NCBI GenBank assembly: GCA_016703065.1
Contig: JADJCU010000001.1
Span: 296,526 to 360,525, forward strand
DNA: 64,000 nucleotides
Origin: a bacterium
Lineage (GTDB): Bacteria > Electryoneota > RPQS01
Direction of reading: 5' to 3'
Position numbers and translations under genes: made by a program. Of the stretch, positions 56,809 through 64,000 are shown piece by piece. How positions within the stretch are numbered: the first letter of the stretch is position 1; every line of letters starts with the position of its first letter. The notes under the pieces are model-generated. The model was not told the origin of the DNA, made no database searches, and saw only the letters and a list, made by a program, of their open reading frames with translations.

Positions 56809-57402
56809 TTAGTTCGTCGGACGATTGAATTCGAGTTCGAGCTCGACATCCACGTTATCGCCCACGACCAAGCCGCCTGCGTCCAGCGTCTTGTTCCAGC
56901 TCACGCCGAAGTCCTGACGATTGATCGTCGTCTTCGCGGTGCCGCCCGTCACCACCGCGCCGCCCCACGGCGACGGAATCTCCTGATTGAAACCTTCCAC
57001 CTCAAACGTCACGCCCTTCGTGACGCCGCGAATCGTCAGATCCCCCGTCAGCGTCGCCTTGCCCGGCGCCGTCTGCTTCGCGCTCTTCGAGACAAACGTC
57101 ATCGTCGGGAACTTCTCGACGTCAAAAAAGTCCGCGCTCTTCAAATGGCCGTCGCGCTTCTCATCGCGCGTGTCCACCGAACCTACCTGCACCGTGAAGT
57201 TCGCCTGCATTGTCGAAAGGTCCGCCGGATTAAAGCTCGCGGTACCCGCGTAGTCCTTGAACTCGCCGCGTGTCGTCGACACCACGAGGTGCTTCACCGC
57301 AAAATTCACCGACGAGTGTCCCGTGTCCAAATTCCAGTCCGCCGCAAACGCGTTCGCTCCGGCAATCACCAATCCCAATGCGATCAGCTTCAGTGTCTTC
57401 AT
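56809..57402 (-). CDS. YceI family periplasmic polyisoprenoid-binding protein
   Basis: Signal MKTLKLIALGLVIAGANAFA. 'W.LD..HS.V.F.V.HL.VS...G.F' and the rest of the YceI lipocalin-like pattern are present. Confidence 0.85.
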   Translation of the reverse strand: MKTLKLIALGLVIAGANAFAADWNLDTGHSSVNFAVKHLVVSTTRGEFKDYAGTASFNPADLSTMQANFTVQVGSVDTRDEKRDGHLKSADFFDVEKFPTMTFVSKSAKQTAPGKATLTGDLTIRGVTKGVTFEVEGFNQEIPSPWGGAVVTGGTAKTTINRQDFGVSWNKTLDAGGLVVGDNVDVELELEFNRPTN

Positions 57403-57504
57403 CAGGGTGTCTCCCTTTTCATGTGTGAATTGTGTTTCTATCGTCTATGCGCGATCTTCTCTTCTAAACTCGTGCGGAGCCTCCTCCCTCATCATCCCCC
57501 GCTA

Positions 57505-57963
57505 TCAAGCGGGTCCAGCGGCACGCTGGCCTACTTGTCTTAAGTACTCCGCCATCTTCTCAAGCTCAAACGGCGACAGCACCACCATCGAGTCCGTAAT
57601 CACCGGCACAATCTCCGGGAAGACCGTCTTGATGAACGCCTCCCCCGTCTTAGTCAGCCGCACCCACACGAACCGCCGATCCTCACTCGACCGCTCCCGA
57701 GTAATCAGCTTCCGCTTCTCCAGATTGTCCACCACCAGCGTGATGTTCCCGCTGCTCTTCAGCAGCTTCTGCCCCAGCTCGTTCTGATGCAGCTCGCCCA
57801 AATGCAGCAGCGCCTCCAACACGCCAAACTGACTGATCGTCAGATCGTGCTTGGCCAACGCCCGCGTCACCCGCGCCGTCACCGAGTCCGCCGCCCGCAT
57901 CAGCTTGATGTATGCGTCCAAGGCTCGTACCTCTGACGCGCTTCCCGTGTGCTTGGTTCCCAT
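57505..57963 (-). CDS. MarR family transcriptional regulator
   Basis: Winged-HTH pattern 'LTISQFGVLEALLHLGELHQNELGQKLLKSSGNITLVVDNLEKRKLITRERSSEDRR'. It lies directly upstream of the YceI gene on the same strand. Confidence 0.8.
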   Translation of the reverse strand: MGTKHTGSASEVRALDAYIKLMRAADSVTARVTRALAKHDLTISQFGVLEALLHLGELHQNELGQKLLKSSGNITLVVDNLEKRKLITRERSSEDRRFVWVRLTKTGEAFIKTVFPEIVPVITDSMVVLSPFELEKMAEYLRQVGQRAAGPA

Positions 57964-57978
57964 ATATGCCGATGTTAG

Positions 57979-57993
57979 TTAGTTTAATACTAA
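57979..57993. promoter_or_regulatory. palindrome, candidate MarR operator
   Basis: TTAGT-TTAAT-ACTAA lies 16-30 nt upstream of the MarR start codon. Confidence 0.3.
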
Positions 57994-58135
57994 GATAATC
58001 AGTTTTAGCAATTCCGCAAGTAGTTCGCAGTGCATTGTAAATTCGTGAGTTGGATTTTGAGCCGAGACGTGGCAAGATGTGGCCCTTTGAGGGGTCACCA
58101 ATCTGAGGAGGCGAGAGGAGTGGTTTGATGTGAAA

Positions 58136-59221
58136 CTATCGGCTCGGATGCCTCAACAGTGAGCGGTCCAGCGCAGGGATGTTCGGCCGTCCGCACAGGG
58201 CCATCGCGATCTTCAGTTCGGTCAACAGCAGATCGACGATGCGATTCACCCCTGCCGCGCCCGAGACCGTCAGCCCCCAGATATAGGGCCGACCGATCAG
58301 CACCGCCGTCGCACCGGCGGCCAGCGCTTTCAGGATGTCCGTCCCGCGCCGAATTCCCCCGTCGAACAGCACCGGAATCCGGTCATCTACGGCATGAGCC
58401 ACCTCCGGAAGCATTTCGATTGTTGCGGGTGCCGTATCGAGGTTCCGCGCCCCGTGATTGCTCACGATGAGTCCGTGTACACCCACATGCACGGCCTGTT
58501 CCGCGTCCTTGGGATGCAGGATCCCTTTCAAGAGCACCGGAATCTTTGCCACGCCGAGCATCCATTCGATGTCCTTCCACGTCATCGCCGGATTTACCAG
58601 CGGGTAGTAGATGCCGTCGAGGTCGGTACCATGTCCCGTGACTTTCTGTGCTTCGGGGACATCCCGCAGCATCGCCCGTTCCAGACCCGCTGGCAGGGCG
58701 AATCCCGCGCGGGTTTCGCGCACGCGGTTTCCCAGCACCGGCGTATCGACTGTAATGATGAGCGCCTTCGCTCCCGCTCGTTCGACCCGGGCGATGAGCT
58801 CTTTCGTGCATTCCCGATCGCGCTGCACGTAGAGCTGATACCACAGCCGCGCCTCCGGCACCTCTTTGGCGATCTCCTCAATCGTCAGGTTCGCCATCGT
58901 GCTCACGCAGTACGTCGCATCGGCCCACACCGCCCCCTGTGCCGTCTCGATCTCCCCTTGCGGGTGAAACAGCTTATGATAGGCCACCGGCGCGAGCAGA
59001 ATCGGATGCGCATAGCGCTGTTCGAGGAACGACACGCTCGTGTCGATTTGCGACACGTCGCGCAGCACATTTGGCAGCAGCTGAATGCGGTCGAACGCCT
59101 GTCGATTCTCGGCCAGCGTCAGTTCATCCCCGGCGCCGCTATCGAGGTATTCCCACGCCATCGCCGTCATCCGCTCCCGCGCCGGCGCGGCGAAATCGTT
59201 CACTTGCAAAGTTGGATACAT
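58136..59221 (-). CDS. FMN-dependent alpha-hydroxy acid dehydrogenase/oxidase (L-lactate dehydrogenase / glycolate oxidase family)
   Basis: 'AWEYLDSGAGDE', 'ITVDTPVLGNR', 'KGILHPKDA', 'VSNHGARNLD' and 'DGGIRRGTDILKALAAGA'. Start moved to ATG 59221; the longer ORF merely reads through repeat B2. Confidence 0.85.
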   Translation of the reverse strand: MYPTLQVNDFAAPARERMTAMAWEYLDSGAGDELTLAENRQAFDRIQLLPNVLRDVSQIDTSVSFLEQRYAHPILLAPVAYHKLFHPQGEIETAQGAVWADATYCVSTMANLTIEEIAKEVPEARLWYQLYVQRDRECTKELIARVERAGAKALIITVDTPVLGNRVRETRAGFALPAGLERAMLRDVPEAQKVTGHGTDLDGIYYPLVNPAMTWKDIEWMLGVAKIPVLLKGILHPKDAEQAVHVGVHGLIVSNHGARNLDTAPATIEMLPEVAHAVDDRIPVLFDGGIRRGTDILKALAAGATAVLIGRPYIWGLTVSGAAGVNRIVDLLLTELKIAMALCGRPNIPALDRSLLRHPSR

Positions 59222-59245
59222 AGTAAAGTCTTCTCTTTTCTTCCC

Positions 59246-59269
59246 GGCGGCACCCGCTGCGGGTGCCCC
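59246..59269. repeat. family B palindromic repeat, copy 2
   Basis: GGCGGCACCCGCTGCGGGTGCCCC, in the 5' leader of the 58136-59221 gene. Confidence 0.85.
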
Positions 59270-59811
59270 GCCTATCAACTACAAGGTCGTGCTTCCAAGT
59301 ACGACGCACTTCTCAAACAATCGGCCACTCCGGTATTGCCGCGTCAATCTCTTTCATCAATCGAATCGTCTCGCCCAGCGCCATCACCGTTTTCGCATAG
59401 TGCCGAATCTCATCAAACGCGAGCGTCCGCTCTTTGCGGTCCTTGAGCCACTTGTTGCAAACCTGATAACCCCCGACATGAAACTCCCACACTTCAGGCG
59501 CAACAGGCTCGAACCACTGCTTCTTGTTGATATACACGCGCCGCAGTTGATCATTGTATTCCACCTTCACCACCATGTTATCTCCCTTTTCAGGAAACAC
59601 CACCGGAGCTTTGTCAAGTTTCGGATGCTCCAAGAGATGATACTGCACCAACTCATACCCCAGCGGCACCAGCTTGCTGAACAATTCAAGATTCGATGTC
59701 AGCGGCACACGCGGAAAATCAATTTTCAAAAACTCCTTATACCGCTCCCGATAAGTCGGCGCATGAAACACCGCGTAGATATAATAAAAAATGTCTTCGG
59801 GGCCAAACTCT

Positions 59812-59857
59812 GATCTCCCCCCAAATCTGTCCGCAGATTTGGGGGGATTAAGGGGGG
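59812..59857 (+). repeat. family A nested-hairpin repeat, copy 4 (inside the RM coding sequence)
   Basis: GATCTCCCCCCAAATCTGTCCGCAGATTTGGGGGGATTAAGGGGGG, translated on the minus strand as 'PLNPPKSADRFGGRSE'. Confidence 0.85.
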
Positions 59858-59873
59858 TTGCCTTCTTCTTCGC

Positions 59874-59897
59874 GGCGGCACCCGCTGCGGGTGCCCC
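59874..59897. repeat. family B palindromic repeat, copy 3 (inside the RM coding sequence)
   Basis: GGCGGCACCCGCTGCGGGTGCCCC, translated as 'GAPAAGAA'. Confidence 0.85.
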
Positions 59898-61916
59898 GCT
59901 TTTCCCCCTCGCTTTAGCGGGGGGGGCAGGGGGGGGTAATCCACTTCCCCCCTCCTCCACAAACGTCAACCCCAACTTCCCCGCAAACTCCGCCACAAAC
60001 TTCGCATCCAAATTCGGCTTCCGCGGTGAGCCGTCGGCGGGGTAAAGGTAGAGAGGGAAAAAGTAATTGACCTCTTTCATTGAAACGGTATGATGTGTCG
60101 AAATTTGCCTCGTACACAATACATGCTCGAAACCGCGACTAATCTCCACTGTCCTAGTTGTTGACAGTGCAAGGTTTGGTCCCGCGAGCATGTGTTGCAT
60201 AACTTCGATGCGGGGCCGCTCAATTTCAGGAGGATAATAGAAGATGCATCTCATATCAAAAGGCCGGTAGAGAACTTGTGGGAATGAAGCATCTTCTTTG
60301 ACAGCCTTCTTTAGTTGTTTGACCATGCGCGCCTGGACTTCGTCATCGGTGATTCGAAATGCGCGCAAAGTGTCATCTTCAGTCTTGATCGCGGAGTTGA
60401 TTCTCTTGGTCAACACTCTTCTCGATCAAAGTCTATTAAGAAGGAATCGTTGGCAGTAACCAACCCCACAGAATTGGTATTGAATACTTTTTGAACAGAG
60501 GCGCCTTCGTTGTATTCGTCACCTTCTTCAGATTCAGACTTCGTAAACATGTAGAACGGTTTGCTCGGTTCAATCCTCTGCCATTCCGTATCCTTGTGGT
60601 CGTGCGCACCCAGCCACTCATATTTACTCTCTCGCTTACCCCATAACTCGCCTCGCTGAATAACAGCGTCGTCATTGTCGTGAGATTTGACAAAAAGGCC
60701 AACGGATACACCCTGCATAATATCAAAAACATTCTCGTCCTTGCCGCCGTCAGGAGATTGCTCTTTCTTCTTGCTATTGCCATGCAAATCTAACAAGTAA
60801 AGTTCATCAAACGTGCGTTGCAAACTGCGCCTCATCCCGCGAAACGTTGGATTGTCAAGATATCCATGACTTGTTATGAACGCTAAGATACCTTCTGCTC
60901 TTGTATCCCCAACTGCCCATTGCGCTATCCGCCATTGCCCATACCGTAAGAACTTTACATAATCATCCTGTAGCCACTTGGGGTTCTTTTCACCAAGCGG
61001 CTCCCCGTCAACAAAATAGTAATCTTTAATCAGTTTGCTAATCCACGGGCCGCTATTTGCCGAGTGGCCTGAATAAGGTGGATTACCAAGCACAACCATG
61101 ATCGGCAAACGATTCTTGACCGTTGCGGCGGCGTTTGCTTCTTGCGATATGATCCTCATTGTACCAAAGAACTCTTCGGCTTCATAGATCGTCTCCTCCA
61201 AACTATTCGTCAGATACACATGCAGACGCTGATCCTTTTCAATCTCGTACCCCCACTTTTCGCGGAGCTTCGGGTCAAGGTCGTGTCCGGCCAATTGCAT
61301 CGCCAACTTCAGATGCGCAACCGCATACGGAGCCATCTGCAACTCAAAGCCGTAGATGCGCGGAATCAAATGGTCTTTGACAAACGCCTGCCACGACCCC
61401 GCGTCGTTACGCTCCATGAACCGGTTGCGAATCAAATCCACGACCGCATAGAGAAACGTCCCCGTCCCGCACGCCGGATCAAGAATCAATATTTTGGGCA
61501 GTTTCCGCTTGACAAATTTATCTCCCTCTTTGACCTCAACTTCAATCGTGGACGTATCGGCCAAGCCGTCCTTCAAGCCGAACTTTTCCTTTAGCAGAAT
61601 ATCCACCGACCGCACGATATACGACACCACCGGCTCCGGCGTGTAATAGACACCGCGCCGCTTGCGCTCCTTGGGATCGTATTCAGACAGAAACGTCTCG
61701 TAGAAATGCAGAATCGGGTCTTCCTGCTTCGTGCGCTTCCCAAATGAAGCCAAAATCGCCTCAATATCCGAATGCGCCAGCACGGCCGTCAAGTCATCCA
61801 CAAACCCGATAAACGGCTCATCTTCGAGCGAGGTGGAGTGCATGGTCTCGAAGAGATTGCGGAGGAAGGGATTGCTCTTGGGGATTTCGCGGGCTGCTCC
61901 GGTGCGGGTGAACTCC

Positions 61917-61962
61917 GGTCTCCCCCCAAGTCCGTCTGCGGATTTGGGGGGACTAAGGGGGG
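61917..61962 (+). repeat. family A nested-hairpin repeat, copy 5 (inside the RM coding sequence)
   Basis: GGTCTCCCCCCAAGTCCGTCTGCGGATTTGGGGGGACTAAGGGGGG, translated as 'PLSPPKSADGLGGRP'. Confidence 0.85.
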
Positions 61963-62737
61963 CGTCTGCGTGTTGTATTCGCGCCGCAAACAATCCATAT
62001 CCGAGGGTTTGCGCGAACATATCCGCGAATTGCGCGTCGGTAATGTCCGGCAACAAGGTGCGCTCAAAAGCGGACTTCAGGTCCTGCATCAGTTCGGACG
62101 GTGTCCCGTCCGCAAACGTATTCGTAATCACCCGGTCAATGTTCTTGCACAAACCGGCCATGCGGGAAGCCAGCTCTTTGGGCGAATTAATTTCCCGCAC
62201 GTCCTGAGCCAGAAACGACTCGAGTAACTCGGTGAGTTCAGCTTCGCCATCCTTCAGAATTTTAATCTTCTTACCGGACTTCTTCGCCAGCCGCACCGTC
62301 CGCCGCTTTTCACCCTTGACATACCAGCGGAACTCGAGATAATCGGTCAAGATGAGATTCGGAAGCTGCAAGTAGCGTTCAAGCTGCTCTGACTTCTCAA
62401 TCTTGCTCAACTCTTCGCCGACCTTTTTGGTCTCGACATACCCCACCGGCAGATGAATCTGTCCCCGCACCTTTCTTCGAATCACAAAATCCGGCGCGCC
62501 GACCTTGATCTGCTTAGGGTCGTTCGACACGAGCAACTCTTTGCCGAATGATTCCAATAAGCCCTGAATCGCAGGCCTGTGCGTGTGCTCCGTATCATCT
62601 CCCAGCGCGATCTTCTCTTGCAGGGATTTCAAATAGTTCTTCAGCGCGTCCGGCATGTGCCTCAATTCCAATCTGTGATTCCGCTTTCCTCCTAATCTAC
62701 TCCCCTCACCCCACTTCCGCAAGCGCGCCCGCCCTCA

Positions 62738-62783
62738 GGTCTCCCCCCAAAATCGTCTGCGGTTTTGGGGGGACAAAGGGGGG
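62738..62783 (+). repeat. family A nested-hairpin repeat, copy 6
   Basis: GGTCTCCCCCCAAAATCGTCTGCGGTTTTGGGGGGACAAAGGGGGG, in the 5' leader of the RM gene. Confidence 0.85.
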
Positions 62784-62840
62784 CCTCCGCTCTCCCCGTC
62801 CTCCGTTCACGCGGGAAGGGCCGGCGGATGGGGTTCCCCC

Positions 62841-62864
62841 GGCGGCACCCGCTGCGGGTGCCCC
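62841..62864. repeat. family B palindromic repeat, copy 4
   Basis: GGCGGCACCCGCTGCGGGTGCCCC, in the 5' leader of the RM gene. Confidence 0.85.
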
Positions 62865-62913
62865 AATCCTTTGTTCTCGCCTCTCTATCTCTTGCCCAAA
62901 TGTATAACATATT

Positions 62914-62942
62914 AATTATGTTACTCTGCCTATGCTTGACAA
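62914..62942 (-). promoter_or_regulatory. sigma-70-like promoter facing the RM gene
   Basis: The minus strand reads TTGTCA (62937-62942), a 17-nt spacer, then ATAATT (62914-62919). The -10 lies inside the palindrome TAACATA-ATTAA-TATGTTA. Confidence 0.4.
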
Positions 62943-62964
62943 ATCCCGATTTATGTATTATATT
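62936..62964 (+). promoter_or_regulatory. near-consensus sigma-70 promoter with no downstream ORF
   Basis: TTGACA (62936-62941), a 17-nt spacer, then TATATT (62959-62964). Its -35 overlaps the -35 of the divergent promoter. It points at the 3' end of the convergent kinase gene. Confidence 0.45.
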
Positions 62965-63135
62965 AGCGTCAGCTATCCAAACAAAACCGCCCCGGAGGAA
63001 CCCGGCGGAAAAGGCCAACCACACGGCCTGAACGGGCGGTCCAGTCTGATCAGCAAAGAACCTGTCGTGCTGGCACGCCCCTCCGAGTACCCAAGGGGAA
63101 ACCGAGACCACTACCACAGACGACCGCTTAGAAAA

Positions 63136-64000
63136 TCACTTCGGAAGCCGCAGCGAAAACACACTTCCCCGTCCAAGCTGCGTATCCACATGCACCGTCC
63201 CGCCATGCGCAAGCGCCGCATGTTTTACAATCGCCAACCCTAACCCCGTCCCACCGTACTTGCGATTGCGCGACGCCTCAATCCGATAAAAGCGCTCGAA
63301 TATCCGCGATAGATGCTTCTCCGCAATCCCCGGCCCGCGATCCTCTACCGCAATCACCAACACCCCCTCCGCGACTCCCGCCCGCACGTCGATCCGCGTC
63401 CCCTCCGGACTGTATTTCGCCGCATTGTCAATCAGATTCACCACCGCCTGCCGGATCAAAAACGCGTTCACCGAGGCCGTAACCTCCGGCGAACAGTCGA
63501 GCACCACCTGCTGACCGCGCGAGTCCGCCGCCGAGGACGCCGCATCCACCGCATCCTTCAAGATCGGCAAGATCGCCTGCCGCTCCGCGGCGAGCTTCTG
63601 CGCATCCGACACCTGCTCGATCCGGGCCAACGTCAACAAATCCTCGATAATCGACTGTAAATAGTCTGCCTGCCGGGACATAATGTCGAGGAATCGCTCC
63701 GCATCACGCGGATTCTCCATCGCCCCCTCGCGCAGCGTCTCGATCGATCCGATAATCGCCGTCACCGGTGTCTTGAGCTCGTGACTCGCGTTTGCCACAA
63801 ACTCCCGCCGCGTCTCCTCAATCCGCCGCATCTGCGTCACGTCACTAATCACAATCACCACACCCAACACCTCGCCCACCGCGATAATCGGGTTCCCCCG
63901 CATCTGCAGAATCCGCTCGTCCGGCATGAAGCGCGCAACCTCGCGTTCGACAGGTCCCCCGGCCGTCAGTGTGTCGCGAATGAAACGATGAATGTCCGTG
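63136..64000 (-). CDS. sensor histidine kinase (PAS-HisKA-HATPase_c), N-terminus outside window
   Basis: H-box 'NASHELKTPVTAIIGSIETL', N-box 'LIDNAAKYS' and G-boxes 'EDRGPGI' and 'GGTGLGLAIV'. The frame stays open upstream of the listed ATG (63927) to the window end. Confidence 0.8.
   Translation of the reverse strand, partial: TDIHRFIRDTLTAGGPVEREVARFMPDERILQMRGNPIIAVGEVLGVVIVISDVTQMRRIEETRREFVANASHELKTPVTAIIGSIETLREGAMENPRDAERFLDIMSRQADYLQSIIEDLLTLARIEQVSDAQKLAAERQAILPILKDAVDAASSAADSRGQQVVLDCSPEVTASVNAFLIRQAVVNLIDNAAKYSPEGTRIDVRAGVAEGVLVIAVEDRGPGIAEKHLSRIFERFYRIEASRNRKYGGTGLGLAIVKHAALAHGGTVHVDTQLGRGSVFSLRLPK

Larger units (their letters stand above)
59313..62656 (-). pseudogene. MmeI-like type IIG restriction-modification enzyme (nuclease + gamma-class N6-adenine methyltransferase + specificity/C-terminal domains), split by a -1 frameshift and carrying in-frame repeat insertions
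   Basis: N-terminal PD-(D/E)xK-like 'APDFVI..VGYVETKK', then MTase motif I 'ILDPACGTGTFLYAVV' and motif IV 'VLGNPPYSGHS'. The first ORF ends '..FLIDFDREEC*' at 60410. The family sequence continues in the -1 frame ('VLTKRINSAI..') to a C-terminal 'YIYAVFHAPTYRERYKEFLKIDFPRVPL' region. Start at ATG 62656. Confidence 0.7.

Noticed and set aside
58394-59446. 350-aa + strand ORF, plus similar long antisense ORFs (e.g. 34837..35520, 36664..37134, 52379..53005, 2829..3386).
   Set aside because: All overlap genes with clear family signatures on the other strand. They show the Arg/Pro/His-rich composition of GC-rich shadow frames.
48281-62864. Whether the family A/B repeats could be a CRISPR array or its remnants.
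   Set aside because: Copies are kilobases apart with genes between them, have no regular spacing and no cas genes. Copies differ in their inner stems. They fit dispersed REP/MITE-like elements, not CRISPR repeats.

Overview
This is a visibly GC-rich chromosomal segment of a Gram-negative bacterium. Many predicted secreted proteins end in a T9SS (Por) C-terminal sorting domain ('..PNPFN..' followed by a beta-sandwich tail), which suggests the FCB superphylum; I cannot name the lineage from sequence alone. Content, in order:
- Outer-membrane biogenesis genes: a TamB-like gene flanked by two Omp85-family genes.
- Housekeeping genes: pyrD, M3 oligoendopeptidase F, rsgA, cystathionine beta-synthase, dapF, nfo.
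- Two tandem RRM-type RNA-binding protein genes with duplicated promoters and conserved ~200-nt leaders.
- A same-strand block (18.4-24.0 kb) with a TlpA-like redoxin, three paralogous T9SS cargo proteins sharing an N-terminal CX3CH domain, and a T9SS-sorted type-1 copper protein.
- A Cyc2-like fused monohaem cytochrome-porin gene behind a sigma-54 type promoter, followed by a second cupredoxin.
- Ion transporters (CPA2/Kef, CDF, DUF819-like), a sigma-54-dependent response regulator, an OmpA/thrombospondin-repeat protein, a MarR-YceI pair, an FMN-dependent 2-hydroxyacid dehydrogenase, an MmeI-like type IIG restriction-modification gene, and a partial histidine kinase.

Two window-wide peculiarities stand out:
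1. About 15 frame disruptions and 3 in-frame stop codons lie inside otherwise well-conserved genes. These are either true decay or consensus error.
2. Three families of short GC-rich palindromic or structured repeats occur only in the 41-63 kb part. Some are inserted in frame inside the restriction-modification gene.

I recognised no rRNA, tRNA, CRISPR array, transposase or integrase.
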